A stretch of DNA of 64,000 nucleotides from Thermodesulfobacteriota bacterium (GTDB lineage: Bacteria > Desulfobacterota_D > UBA1144 > Nemesobacterales > Nemesobacteraceae). Positions 42,182-52,584 of this stretch are shown here, piece after piece. The translations under genes were made by a program, and so were the position numbers. The notes beneath the pieces were generated by a model. The model was not told the DNA's origin, did not search any database, and was given only the letters and a program-made list of their open reading frames with translations. Each line of letters starts with the position of its first letter. Position 1 is the stretch's first letter. The DNA lies in NCBI GenBank assembly GCA_965202785.1, contig OZ241855.1, forward strand, positions 704,001-768,000, in the 5' to 3' direction.

Positions 42182-42424
42182 AGATTAAACCTGTCTGAGA
42201 AAGCACGCCGCGGGGGAGCGCGGCAGGAGTCTGTTTTTTGGCGAACAGAACCAAGTGCCGCCTCTTCGATCCCTTCGAAACAGGCGGTTTCTCCTCTTGG
42301 CGAACATGCCTCGGCGCCCGGATAGCGCTGGGGTCGGCACTCTCCACCCGGCTTGATTAAACCCCCCGGATTCAATATAATTTAAACCGCCTTTTTTTTT
42401 CATGTCTTGGTCAGGAGAGACTAG

Positions 42425-44425
42425 ATGAGCCCCAAATCCGCAATAATGCTTCTGCTGCTTATAGCGGCCTTCGGTTTTTTCGCCTACAACATCCGTCTTC
42501 TCTTAAGGCTTGTCACTCTCGGCAAAAAAGAGGACAACAGATTTGACAATATTCCCCAGAGGATAAGGAAGGTCATAGTCTACGTCTTCGGCCAGAGAAG
42601 GCTTTTCAAGTACCGTTTCGCCGGCATAGAGCACGCCATGATCTTCTGGGGCTTCGTCATAATAACGGTGGGGACGGTAGAGATGCTGATAAGCGGCGTT
42701 GTTCCCGGATTTCATTTCTTCCCGGGGTCCTTGGGGAAGGTCTACGAGCTGGTTCTTGACGTAGTGCAGGCCCTGGTTCTTGTGGCCATAGCAATGGGCA
42801 TAATAAACAGGCTCACCATAGGGAGAAGAAGGGAGGTTAACGGGCCCGACGCGGTCGTGATACTGGGTCTTATATTCGGCCTCATGATCACCGCCTTTCT
42901 CACCACCGGGGCGAAGATAGCGCTTGCCGAGACGAGTCCCGCGATGCTGCCGGTGTCCGGGGCTTTTTCCGGGCTCTACGAAGGCATGAGCACCGGGAGC
43001 ACCTTTTTCTGGAAGGAGTTTTTCTGGTGGTTCCACATTCTCATAGTGCTTTCCTTTCTCAATTACCTTCCCTACTCTAAGCACAGCCATGTCCTGACGG
43101 CCGTTTTCAATGTTTTTTTCCAGAGCCTGAAGCCCCGCGGGCAGCTCTCGGCGCTCGATTTCGAGGACATCCCCGAAGACCTTGATCACTTCGGCTCCTC
43201 GAAGATAGCCGATTTCAGCTGGAAGGACATACTTGACGCCTATACCTGCACCGAGTGCGGAAGATGCACGGACAACTGCCCGGCGTGGAACACCGAGAAG
43301 GTGCTCTCTCCGAGGGACATCGTCGTTAAACTCCGCCACTACGTCTCGAGCGAAGGGAAGGACATACTCGCCGGAAAGCCCCAGGAAGAGCAGCCCGACC
43401 TTCCCGACACCGAGTGGGTGACGCCCGAGGAGCTTTGGGCCTGCACCACGTGCAACGCGTGCGTCGAGCAGTGCCCGCTTTTCATTGACCAGATGGGCAA
43501 GATAATGGACATGAGAAGATTCCTTACCCTTGAGGGCCGCATGAGCGGAACCGCCACGAGGACTCTTCAGAAGCTTCAGAACAACGGAAACCCCTGGGGA
43601 TTCCCGGAAGCCGACCGCGGCGTCTGGCTTTCCGAGATGGAGGTTCCCATTCTCGGGGTCTCGGCCGAGAACGCAAGCGAATTTGACGTGATTTACTGGA
43701 CTGGATGCTTTGGGGGCTACGACCCGAGGGGCCAGGAAGTTTCAAGGGCGATAGTGACCCTGCTTAAGATTGCGGGGGTTAATTTCGCTGTCATGGGTCC
43801 CGGGGAGACCTGCACGGGTGATCCTGCAAGAAGGCTCGGAGAGGAAGCCCTCTACCAGATGCTCGCCGTCCAGAACATCGAGACTCTGAATGAATTGAAG
43901 GTGAAAAAAATTCTCGCAAACTGCCCCCACTGCTTCAACACCATGAAGAACGAGTATCCGCAGTTCGGCGGGCACTACGAGGTTGTTCACCACACCGATT
44001 TTCTCCTGCAGCTCATCCAGGAGGGCAAACTTAACCCCGACGCTCCGATCGAGGAGAAGATAACATACCACGATTCCTGCTACATCGGCCGCTACAACAA
44101 CGTTTATGATTCTCCAAGGGAGATACTGAGAAGCATTCCGGGGATTGATCTGGTGGAGATGAAGAGGAACAGGACAAAGAGTTTCTGCTGCGGAGCCGGA
44201 GGCGGAAAGATATGGATGGAGGAAGAGGCCCCCAGGGTTAACTGGAACCGCTTCGACGAGGCCGCGGATATTAACCCCGACACCCTGGCGACGGCGTGCT
44301 ACTTCTGCAACACGATGTTTGACGACGCCGCGCGATTCAAGGGCAAGGAGGAGGACATCGGCGTCCAGGACATAGCCGAAATCCTTAACCGTTCGGTTAA
44401 AACTGATGCGCCTCCCCCGTCGTAA
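42425..44425 (+). CDS. Membrane Fe-S oxidoreductase (FadF/HdrD-like)
   Basis: TM domain, two CxxCxxCxxxCP motifs, CCG domains (YHDSC, CCGAGGG). Confidence 0.9.
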   Translation: MSPKSAIMLLLLIAAFGFFAYNIRLLLRLVTLGKKEDNRFDNIPQRIRKVIVYVFGQRRLFKYRFAGIEHAMIFWGFVIITVGTVEMLISGVVPGFHFFPGSLGKVYELVLDVVQALVLVAIAMGIINRLTIGRRREVNGPDAVVILGLIFGLMITAFLTTGAKIALAETSPAMLPVSGAFSGLYEGMSTGSTFFWKEFFWWFHILIVLSFLNYLPYSKHSHVLTAVFNVFFQSLKPRGQLSALDFEDIPEDLDHFGSSKIADFSWKDILDAYTCTECGRCTDNCPAWNTEKVLSPRDIVVKLRHYVSSEGKDILAGKPQEEQPDLPDTEWVTPEELWACTTCNACVEQCPLFIDQMGKIMDMRRFLTLEGRMSGTATRTLQKLQNNGNPWGFPEADRGVWLSEMEVPILGVSAENASEFDVIYWTGCFGGYDPRGQEVSRAIVTLLKIAGVNFAVMGPGETCTGDPARRLGEEALYQMLAVQNIETLNELKVKKILANCPHCFNTMKNEYPQFGGHYEVVHHTDFLLQLIQEGKLNPDAPIEEKITYHDSCYIGRYNNVYDSPREILRSIPGIDLVEMKRNRTKSFCCGAGGGKIWMEEEAPRVNWNRFDEAADINPDTLATACYFCNTMFDDAARFKGKEEDIGVQDIAEILNRSVKTDAPPPS

Positions 44426-44475
44426 GCGCGTTCCCAAGCGCTTGGCCGGGCTTTGAGTCTCGGGGGGAGGAGGCG

Positions 44476-45699
44476 ATGAAGCTTAATAGACCAAAATCCC
44501 TTTTGATAGACTCGGGTGCAGGATGGTTCGATTCGGGTTCTTCTGCCACAGCCGGGATTTTCGGCGATCCTGCTCTCACCCTCTGCTTCTCGAGCGATGG
44601 GACCAAAGTGTTTTCCGAATCCGGGGAGAGGACTTTTTCAGAAGACCCTCTCGATTTGGTCGAGAAACTGGCTGCCGAGGGATACACAGCTCTTGGCTAC
44701 ATAAGCTACGACTACCTGAGCTACACGACTCCCGGGGTTGCGACCTCGAACGCAAAGCAGGGAGAGAGGCTCCCTTTCCTTTTTTTCCATTTTTACGAAA
44801 AAGACGGTTTTTACACAGCCCCTTGGGAAGAAGTTCTCTCTGCCCTCTCGCAGGAAAGGACGGGTCACGGACCCCTTCCCCGCTCAAATATTGAGAGGGA
44901 AGAATACGCCAGGAAGATTTCGGCGATAAAGGAACATATAGCGGCGGGAGACGTTTACCAGGTGAACCTTTCGCGAAAGTTCCGCTTCGAGCCTCTGGGT
45001 GAGCCGATTTCGTGGTTTCTGGATTTTTACCGCGCCCAGCCGGTTCCCTTCGCCGCCTTTATCGGTTTTCCGGGTTTTGAACTTGTAAGCGGCTCTATGG
45101 AGCTTTTTCTTAAGAAAAGGGGCGACAGCATTACCACGAGACCAATAAAAGGGACCGTCCGCAGGGATCCCGATCCACGACGCGACAGGGAGCTTGCCGA
45201 GGCGCTCGGGAAAAAACCCAAGGAGCGGGCCGAGAACCTCATGATAGTCGATCTCATGAGAAACGATCTCGGGAGAATATGCGGGTATGGTTCCATAGGA
45301 GTAAGGGAACTTTTTGCCGTCAGGCGCTACAGTACGCTTTTCCAGATGGAGTCCGAAATCGAGGGGTGCCTTCGCCCGGGAGTCGGACTCTCTCAAATAA
45401 TTGCCAGCACCTTTCCCCCCGGATCCGTTACCGGGGCCCCGAAAAGGGAAGCTATTCGCATAATAGACAGCCTTGAGCCCCACGAGAGGGGTCCTTACTG
45501 CGGAGCGATCTGCCTGTTATCTCCGAGCGGGGACTTCACCATGAGCGTCGCGATCCGCACCGGGGTGAACAGTTCCGAGGGCGCGGATTTCTGGTTCGGA
45601 GGCGGAATTGTGTGGGATTCGGAAGCGGACGACGAATACGGGGAGACGGAGCTCAAGGCAAAGGCTCTCACATCGATTGCGTCCCGGCAGATGCTATAA
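44476..45699 (+). CDS. pabB: Aminodeoxychorismate synthase component I
   Basis: [40 protein letters not shown]. Confidence 0.88.
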   Translation: MKLNRPKSLLIDSGAGWFDSGSSATAGIFGDPALTLCFSSDGTKVFSESGERTFSEDPLDLVEKLAAEGYTALGYISYDYLSYTTPGVATSNAKQGERLPFLFFHFYEKDGFYTAPWEEVLSALSQERTGHGPLPRSNIEREEYARKISAIKEHIAAGDVYQVNLSRKFRFEPLGEPISWFLDFYRAQPVPFAAFIGFPGFELVSGSMELFLKKRGDSITTRPIKGTVRRDPDPRRDRELAEALGKKPKERAENLMIVDLMRNDLGRICGYGSIGVRELFAVRRYSTLFQMESEIEGCLRPGVGLSQIIASTFPPGSVTGAPKREAIRIIDSLEPHERGPYCGAICLLSPSGDFTMSVAIRTGVNSSEGADFWFGGGIVWDSEADDEYGETELKAKALTSIASRQML

Positions 45700-45708
45700 T
45701 CATTGGAT

Positions 45709-46518
45709 ATGGAGGAACTTTTCTTTCTCGACGGGAAAAGGCTTGAGGATGTGCCCGCGCTTCGCTCTCTTTTTTACGGGGAAGGGGTTTTCGAGAGTTT
45801 CAGGTGGAAGGGGTCCCCGCCCGTTTTCCTCTCCATGCATCTTGAGAGAATGAGAAAGGGAGCCTGTTTTCTCGGCATTCCTTTCCCCCCGGAATCCCAG
45901 GTGAGACTCAGAATCGAGGATGCCGCGGGGGGGTTCCCCGGGGAGGACCTGCACGTAAAAGCTTGTCTTCTCGCCCAAGGAGACGCGGTTTATCACTCAC
46001 AGCCCCGGGCGGCCGCGCTTCTTGTGTCCGTAAGACCCCGCGCGCAGAGTCCGGATACCCTCTCTCTCTGGGTCTGCAGAGAGAGAAGACCCCCGCAGAA
46101 CAGCCTTTTTTCTCACAAGACGCTTAATTATCTGGGAAACATCGTGGCGAAGAGAGAGGCTGTCGGGAGGGGTTTTGACGAAGCCCTTTTTCTCGATACC
46201 GACGGCAGGGTGGCCGAGACTTCGTGCCACAATGTTTTCTGGGCGAAAGGGAAAAGGCTTTTCACTCCGTCTTCTGAATGCCCGGTTTTGCCTGGAGTGA
46301 CCAGGGAAATCGTTTTGCGTTCGGCCAGGCAGCTTGGTTACGAGCCCGTCTGTGGGGATTTTCCCCTTGAGGAGCTTTTATCAAGTGATTACGCTTTTCT
46401 TACCAACGCTGTTGCGGGTATTGTTTATGTAAGCGGGGTGGGCGGCGACGCGATGCCTTCTGTTCCTCAGAGTTACAAGGTTATGAGGGAATCGCTTCTT
46501 TCAGAGTTCGGGTGGTAG
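45709..46518 (+). CDS. pabC: Class IV aminotransferase / 4-amino-4-deoxychorismate lyase
   Basis: YGEGVFE, HKTLNY, LPGVTR; follows pabB. Confidence 0.82.
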   Translation: MEELFFLDGKRLEDVPALRSLFYGEGVFESFRWKGSPPVFLSMHLERMRKGACFLGIPFPPESQVRLRIEDAAGGFPGEDLHVKACLLAQGDAVYHSQPRAAALLVSVRPRAQSPDTLSLWVCRERRPPQNSLFSHKTLNYLGNIVAKREAVGRGFDEALFLDTDGRVAETSCHNVFWAKGKRLFTPSSECPVLPGVTREIVLRSARQLGYEPVCGDFPLEELLSSDYAFLTNAVAGIVYVSGVGGDAMPSVPQSYKVMRESLLSEFGW

Positions 46519-46581
46519 AATTAAGGGGACGGAAAAAACTTTAGGGTTTGTTGTGGGCGCTAAGAAGCCGAGGGTGGTTTT

Positions 46582-46920
46582 ATGTCTGGCGAGATAACAG
46601 TCAGGGAGTATCAGCGGGAGGTTGACGAGTGGATAAGGGAAGTGGGAGTGCGGTACTTCTCCGAACTTACCAACCTTGCGCAGCTTGTCGAGGAGGTGGG
46701 GGAGGTAGCGAGGATCATGTCCAGGAAATACGGGGAGCAGAGCTTCAAAGGGGATGAAAATCGCCGGGAACTCGGGGACGAGCTTGCTGACGTCTTCTTC
46801 GTCTTGACATGTATAGCGAACCAGACGGGAGTTGATCTTACGGAGGTTTTGAGAAAGAATTTTGAGAAGAAAACACAGAGAGATGGAAAGCGACACGCGG
46901 ATAATCCCAAACTTCGCTGA
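46582..46920 (+). CDS. MazG-like nucleotide pyrophosphohydrolase (YpjD-like)
   Basis: LVEEVGEVA, DELADV. Confidence 0.9.
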   Translation: MSGEITVREYQREVDEWIREVGVRYFSELTNLAQLVEEVGEVARIMSRKYGEQSFKGDENRRELGDELADVFFVLTCIANQTGVDLTEVLRKNFEKKTQRDGKRHADNPKLR

Positions 46921-47047
46921 AGACCCTGTTGCGGGCTCTGGTTGTTGCAAAGGGCTTTCATTGTGGTATTCTTCCCCGTCCTGAGAAGAATCCGCCTTTA
47001 ATCTGCGGCAGTTACTCTATCGAATAAAGAGGAAAAATGCTTTGAAA

Positions 47048-47878
47048 ATGAAACTTGAAGAAAAGCCTATTGAAGACATACAGGCGAGAAAGGACTACAG
47101 GAATATCTCCATAGACAGAGTCGGCGTCTGCGACCTCAAGATCCCGCTTAAGATAAAAGGGTGCGAGATCGATTCTGAGAAGGACCAGAGCATTCAGGCT
47201 TCCCTGAGCCTGAGCGTTAACCTCGGTCCCGACCAGAAGGGAATTCACATGAGCCGGCTGCTTGAGACTGCCCTTGATTTCAACGGATCCTTCTCCTTGG
47301 AAAATATGGCTTCTTTCCTGATCGCTCTCTGCGACAGGCAGGGCTCAAAAGATTCCGACGTCAAAATAGAGTTTGATTACTTTTTCAACCGTCACGCTCC
47401 GGTAAGTGGCAAGATATCCCCACAGCCTTACAAATGCACGTATCACGGCGAGATGCACCCGGAGGGCATACGCCTTACCCAGAGCGTAGTGGTTCCGGTC
47501 AAAACCCTTTGTCCCTGCAGCAAGGAGATAAGCGATTACGGGGCCCACAACCAGCGCTCCAAGGTTTTCATAACTATTACGCACGAGGGAAAGAAGGAAA
47601 ACGATCCGATAGACATATGTCTTGAGGAAATAATCGGGATTGCGGAAAGGGGGGCCTCCTCCCCGCTTTACCCGCTTTTAAAAAGGGAAGATGAGCGCCA
47701 CGTTACCATGAGCGCCTACAACAAGCCGTGCTTTGTCGAGGATGTAGTGAGAAATATAGCTTCTGAACTCCACGGTAACCTCAGTTTTGACTCTTACGAA
47801 CTCAGAGTTCTTAACTACGAAAGCATTCACAGTCATAATGCCTTTGCCAGCATCGGCAAAAGATTCTCGGGCAAGTAA
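47048..47878 (+). CDS. folE2: GTP cyclohydrolase IB
   Basis: KGIHMSR, LCPCSK, AHNQRS, FVED, ESIHSHNA. Confidence 0.95.
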   Translation: MKLEEKPIEDIQARKDYRNISIDRVGVCDLKIPLKIKGCEIDSEKDQSIQASLSLSVNLGPDQKGIHMSRLLETALDFNGSFSLENMASFLIALCDRQGSKDSDVKIEFDYFFNRHAPVSGKISPQPYKCTYHGEMHPEGIRLTQSVVVPVKTLCPCSKEISDYGAHNQRSKVFITITHEGKKENDPIDICLEEIIGIAERGASSPLYPLLKREDERHVTMSAYNKPCFVEDVVRNIASELHGNLSFDSYELRVLNYESIHSHNAFASIGKRFSGK

Positions 47879-48026
47879 ACCGGCGTAAAACCCCGGATTG
47901 GTGCCTGTTTCCGGCTGTTTTTTGGGCACGGCCAGTTCGTACCCCCTAGCTAATAATGAATGCACGGGATTCTGCTCTTGGTGCCTTTCTGAGGATTGTA
48001 CCGTGCCTTGAACCTTGAAAGCCCTA

Positions 48027-48087
48027 GGATTTCGTAATTGCTTGATATCAAACAATTTTTTCCTGTTGATAGATTGTGAAATATTCT
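48027..48087 (-). repeat. Copy 1 of ~55-bp DnaA-box/IHF-like module
   Basis: Revcomp TTCACAATCTATCAACAGGAAAAAATTGTTTGATATCAAGCAATTACGAAA; 42/51 identical to copy 2 by manual alignment. Confidence 0.65.
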
Positions 48088-48333
48088 GATCCAGCATGGT
48101 TCAAAAGATGTAATTACCTGAAATTGCTTGATAATTTTTTTCGGCCCCCAAAGGCCTCTTTTAACCCTGTGTGAAATTGTTACTAGACAGTACCAACTCT
48201 TTTCTTATCTGTCGTAATGTGTTCTTTTCCCTTGTTTTTCAAGCAATCAGGGAGGATTTCAGTTTGTTTTTAAAGCGTGGAAAACCTGTGTAATTTTATC
48301 TCCTGACTGTTATTTTCCGTATGCGGAGGAAAA

Positions 48334-49461
48334 GTGCATACACTTTTGGAAATCATAAAAGAGGAAATACGGGAATCCGGCCCGATTTCCTTCCGCAGAT
48401 TTGTTGAACTCTCCCTTTTTCACCTGGAGCACGGCTATTACTCATCGGGCAAGGCGAGGATCGGGAAAAAGGGTGATTTTTACACCGCTCCATCGGTTCA
48501 CCGCTCTTTCGGGGAGACTATCTCGCAGTTCCTTGCCGAGGCGTCGCTTCTGCTCGAAGGAGAGAGTTTCACCGTTGTGGAATTCGGGGCCTCCGGCGGT
48601 CAGCTTGCCTTTGATATACTTGAGGCTCTTAGCCGAAATCACCCCGAGCTTTACTCAAAGACCGACTACGTAATGAGTGAGACGAGCCCGGCGGCGGTCC
48701 TGGTGGCTAAGGAAAGGCTCAAGGGGCACCGCGGGAGGGTTCGGTGGATAGATAATCTGCGGGAAATCGAAAAAGGCGGTTTCCGTGGAGTGGTGATCGC
48801 CAACGAATTTCTCGATTCCCTGCCCTTTCACAGGCTTAGGTCGGACGGAGAGGAAATCCGGGAGATTTTTCTTTCCCTTCGTAACGGGGAAATCGAGGAA
48901 GTTCTGCGGGATCCTGAAGCGGAAGGGGTTTCTGGCTTTTCAAAACGATATCTGGAAGGATACGCTCAAGGCGAAGAGGCGGAAGCTTGTCTGCTGGCGG
49001 GGAAATGGCTTGCCGAGGTGGGAAAGGCGCTTCAAAAAGGGTTTGTTCTATGTATTGACTACGGATATCTCGCTTCCGAGCTTTACTCCCCCGGAAGACG
49101 AAAAGGTACTTTCAGGTGCTTTTATCACCATGAACTGAGTTCCGACCCCTACATGAGAGTTGGAGAGCAGGATATAACGGCTGACGTTAATTTTTCCGAA
49201 CTTATGAGGATCGGAGATACCTTGGGCCTTTCCACCGTCAAGTATACAACGCAGGGGCAGTTCCTTGTTGACTGGGGAATTCTCGAAATTTTCAAGACAT
49301 ACGACAAACCCCAGAACCAGGGAGACCGTCTTGCGGCCAAGACGCTTTTTATGCCTGAATTCATGGGGAGAAGATTCAAGGTTCTGCTCCAGTCGAAGGA
49401 TTTTTCGCCCGAAGAACTGGCTGGGTTCGACAAGGACCGACCGTTCCGTATCATGTTGTAA
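48334..49461 (+). CDS. SAM-dependent methyltransferase, MidA/NDUFAF7 family
   Basis: GYYS, GDFYTAP, EFGASGG, ANEFLDSLP, IDYG, DITADVNF. Confidence 0.9.
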   Translation: MHTLLEIIKEEIRESGPISFRRFVELSLFHLEHGYYSSGKARIGKKGDFYTAPSVHRSFGETISQFLAEASLLLEGESFTVVEFGASGGQLAFDILEALSRNHPELYSKTDYVMSETSPAAVLVAKERLKGHRGRVRWIDNLREIEKGGFRGVVIANEFLDSLPFHRLRSDGEEIREIFLSLRNGEIEEVLRDPEAEGVSGFSKRYLEGYAQGEEAEACLLAGKWLAEVGKALQKGFVLCIDYGYLASELYSPGRRKGTFRCFYHHELSSDPYMRVGEQDITADVNFSELMRIGDTLGLSTVKYTTQGQFLVDWGILEIFKTYDKPQNQGDRLAAKTLFMPEFMGRRFKVLLQSKDFSPEELAGFDKDRPFRIML

Positions 49462-49488
49462 TCACTCCTAAATTTATCCAAAACAGGC

Positions 49489-49530
49489 TTGACAACGGAT
49501 TCTTTTAAAGGTTTAGTACCTTTAGTACTA
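49489..49530 (+). promoter_or_regulatory. TetR gene promoter with palindromic operator
   Basis: TTGACA 49489-49494; TAGTAC-N5-GTACTA 49514-49530 over the -10/start region. Confidence 0.6.
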
Positions 49531-49546
49531 GGAGCGATTAACCGTT

Positions 49547-50182
49547 ATGAGCAATAAAGATAAAATTATGGATGCCGCCACCGAGCTTTTCCATCTCTAT
49601 GGGTATGACGGAACTTCTATAGATATGCTCATAAAGAAAGCCGGTGTTTCCAAGAGCAATTTCTACTACTACTTCGAAGGCAAAGAAGAGCTGGGATTGA
49701 GTGTTCTCACAAAACTTGCCGATGATCAGATCCGTGAGTTCTCGGAAATCATGCAGACTGATCGCAATCCTGTTGAACAGGTTCTGGAAGCATACAAAAT
49801 GCTGATTTTTTCTCACCAGAGTCTTCTCGATCAGCCCATATACCCAGGTTCTTTTTTCGGAAACATTACCTTGGAACAGAGTTCCATCAACGAGAAATTC
49901 CGTCTTGTTCTGGATAAGTATTTTCAGGAATGCGAAGCTCTGGTTGAGGAATGGTTAAAAAGAGGAGTCGAACAGGGGTTTTTTAAAGAGGATATTAATC
50001 CGAAAGAGTTGGCCAGATTCATGGTTTCTCAGTTTGAAGGATCCATACTTCTGGCTAAAGCCAAGAAATCTCTTTCTCCTCTAGAAGATATGGTATGGCA
50101 GGGAAAACACCTCCTTTTTAAAGACGAGTGGATGCACTTAACCGACGAGTGGATTCGCCTAACCAGTGAAACCGAAAGCTAA
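49547..50182 (+). CDS. TetR/AcrR family regulator (NemR-like)
   Basis: HTH AGVSKSNFYYYFEGKE. Confidence 0.92.
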   Translation: MSNKDKIMDAATELFHLYGYDGTSIDMLIKKAGVSKSNFYYYFEGKEELGLSVLTKLADDQIREFSEIMQTDRNPVEQVLEAYKMLIFSHQSLLDQPIYPGSFFGNITLEQSSINEKFRLVLDKYFQECEALVEEWLKRGVEQGFFKEDINPKELARFMVSQFEGSILLAKAKKSLSPLEDMVWQGKHLLFKDEWMHLTDEWIRLTSETES

Positions 50183-50351
50183 CCCACATCCTTACCACCT
50201 AGGCAAAACCTATTTCCACTGGTACCCGACCTGTTGATTTTACGGCCTGAAGCAGTTACTCTACGCACGAGGATTTGGAGTTTCTGTGCTTTGGTCAAGC
50301 GCAGTTCTTTAAAAGACGGGGAAACAATAATCAAGGAGAGGTATAACCGGT

Positions 50352-51035
50352 ATGTCTGATACTATAATGAAGGCCCAGATCGGTGGGGATATAGCCCATC
50401 TCAGAAAACTGAACCCAGATCTTTACGACTCTTGGATGGCTTACCATGATTCGGTTTTTACCGACGGAGCTCTCACCGCAAAGGAAAAACAGCTCATCGC
50501 GGTAGCCGTAGCGCATATTACGGCTTGTCCCTACTGCATAAGGTCGAGGGTTAGAGCCAGCAAAAAAGAGGGAGCGACCGACCAGGAAATAGTCGAATCG
50601 ATATACGTGGGACTTAGGCTCAATATGGGGGGCCCTTTCGCGTTTTCGAGCCTGGCTTTTGAAGCCTGGGACACCCTCGAGAGCGGAATCCCGCTTACCG
50701 AGGGACATTTCTTCAAAAAGGACATAGCGAAGGAAATTGCCAGCTTCAGGGAATGCAGCGGTGATATTTCTCCCCACTTCATGGAGCTTCACAAGAAAAT
50801 CTTTGCCGACGGAGCCCTCAGCAAAAAAATGAAAAGAGGCATAATAGGTCTTGCCTGCGCCCACGCGACTAAATGCCCTTATTGCATAAGGGGAACAGTG
50901 AAGGACGCGCATACCGACGGAGTGACTGCGGAGCAGATGGCTGAGGCCATAAACGTTGCCATGGTCATGACTGCCGGTTCCTGTTACGCTCACACCAGCA
51001 TTGCCATGGATACGCTTAAGAGTCTCGAGAAGTAG
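50352..51035 (+). CDS. Tandem-domain CMD/AhpD-like peroxidase
   Basis: Two repeats each with DGAL..K.K and CPYCI. Confidence 0.88.
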   Translation: MSDTIMKAQIGGDIAHLRKLNPDLYDSWMAYHDSVFTDGALTAKEKQLIAVAVAHITACPYCIRSRVRASKKEGATDQEIVESIYVGLRLNMGGPFAFSSLAFEAWDTLESGIPLTEGHFFKKDIAKEIASFRECSGDISPHFMELHKKIFADGALSKKMKRGIIGLACAHATKCPYCIRGTVKDAHTDGVTAEQMAEAINVAMVMTAGSCYAHTSIAMDTLKSLEK

Positions 51036-51068
51036 TTTTAACGGTTTTTTTGAAAATCTTCCTTATGT

Positions 51069-51108
51069 GCCCTGAATGTTTCACGTGAAACATTCAGGGC
51101 TTTTTTTT
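51069..51108 (+). terminator. Terminator-like hairpin built around parS
   Basis: Perfect 32-bp palindrome GCCCTGAATGTTTCACGTGAAACATTCAGGGC followed by T8. Confidence 0.6.
51077..51092. promoter_or_regulatory. parS site 1
   Basis: Exact TGTTTCACGTGAAACA consensus. Confidence 0.92.
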
Positions 51109-51157
51109 AGCTTTTTTCCTCTGACCGAATACGGCTTTATATGGTAGATTCTCTTTC

Positions 51158-52552
51158 ATGTCGTCACTTGTGCCCGAGCGCGAAAGCACCATAGCAGCCA
51201 TTTCCACCCCGACTGGAGAGGGAGGAGTTGCCGTAATCCGCATAAGCGGCGGTGAATCTCACTCGATTGCGAGAAAGATCTTCGTTCCCGCAGGGAAATC
51301 GGGTTTTTCCGAGAGAAAACTCTGTTTCGGGAAGATAATCAACCCCGAAACAGGCGGGACGGTGGATGAAGTCCTGTGCGTTCTCATGAGTTCCCCCGAT
51401 ACCTATACGGGGGAGGACATAGCCGAGATACATTCTCACGGGGGACATATGGTTCCCCGGAAGATACTTGAAATTCTGATCGGCCTCGGGGCGACCCTCG
51501 CCGCCCCGGGCGAGTTTACCCAGAGGGCGTTTCTTAACGGAAAAATGGACTTGGCGCAGGCCGAAGCGGTTTCCGACATTATAAGCGCCCAGACCGAACA
51601 GAGCCTCCGGTACGCCGAGGCTCAGCTTGAAGGCACCCTTTCGGGCAAGGTTAACGAACTTAAGGATCAAATTCTTGACGTTCTGGCGGAAATAGAGGCG
51701 AATCTCGATTTTCCTGAGGAAGATATAGATCCCATTGCGAAAAACCGCCTGAAGGAAGCGTCCGGATCCGTGGAAAAAGAACTTTCGGCACTCATCGATA
51801 GCTACGACACGGGCAGAATGTTCAGGGACGGGGTGACGATGGTAATACTGGGTAAGCCTAATGTCGGGAAATCGAGCATACTTAACTGCCTGCTTGAGAC
51901 TCAGAGGGCTATAGTGAGCCCGATAGCCGGAACCACCAGGGATTTTATCGAAGAGAAAATAAATGTCGGGGGAATTCCCCTCGTTATAACGGATACGGCC
52001 GGCATAAGGGATACGGAGGACCGGATAGAAAAGCTAGGGGTGGAATTTTCCCTGAAAAAAGCCGAGGAATCCGAGTTCGTGCTCGTCGTTTTGGACCAGA
52101 GCACGGAACTTGATGCCCTGGACAGGAAAATCCTCAAAACCGCCGCCAAAAAGAAGCATCTTGTCGTAATCAACAAGATGGACCTTGAAGAAAAACTAGA
52201 AAGATCGAAACTGCGACGGATTCTTGGGCGAAAAAAGCCGGTTGAAACCTCGGCACTTGCGAAAGAGGGGATAGTGCGGCTCAGGCAGACCATGTTTGAG
52301 ACCCTTGTGGGCTCGCCTCGTGCCTCAGATGCCTCGGAACTGGTGCTTACAAATCTTCGCCACAAAAAATCCATGGAGAAAGCCCGCGACCAGCTGCACA
52401 TGTTCCTTGAGCTTCTTGAGCGGAACGAGTATCCAGAGATCCTCTCGATAGAGTTGCGAAACTCAATGAATTCGCTCGGCGAGATTACGGGAGAAGTGAC
52501 CACGGAAGATCTTCTGGGCAGAATTTTCTCCAGGTTCTGCATTGGGAAGTAG
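51158..52552 (+). CDS. mnmE: tRNA modification GTPase MnmE
   Basis: IAAISTP, GEFTQRAFLNGK, GKPNVGKSS, GTTRD, FCIGK. Confidence 0.98.
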   Translation: MSSLVPERESTIAAISTPTGEGGVAVIRISGGESHSIARKIFVPAGKSGFSERKLCFGKIINPETGGTVDEVLCVLMSSPDTYTGEDIAEIHSHGGHMVPRKILEILIGLGATLAAPGEFTQRAFLNGKMDLAQAEAVSDIISAQTEQSLRYAEAQLEGTLSGKVNELKDQILDVLAEIEANLDFPEEDIDPIAKNRLKEASGSVEKELSALIDSYDTGRMFRDGVTMVILGKPNVGKSSILNCLLETQRAIVSPIAGTTRDFIEEKINVGGIPLVITDTAGIRDTEDRIEKLGVEFSLKKAEESEFVLVVLDQSTELDALDRKILKTAAKKKHLVVINKMDLEEKLERSKLRRILGRKKPVETSALAKEGIVRLRQTMFETLVGSPRASDASELVLTNLRHKKSMEKARDQLHMFLELLERNEYPEILSIELRNSMNSLGEITGEVTTEDLLGRIFSRFCIGK

Positions 52553-52565
52553 AAGCGGGGCGGAA

Positions 52566-52581
52566 TGTTTCACGTGAAACA
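52566..52581. promoter_or_regulatory. parS site 2
   Basis: Exact TGTTTCACGTGAAACA consensus. Confidence 0.92.
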
Positions 52582-52584
52582 TTG

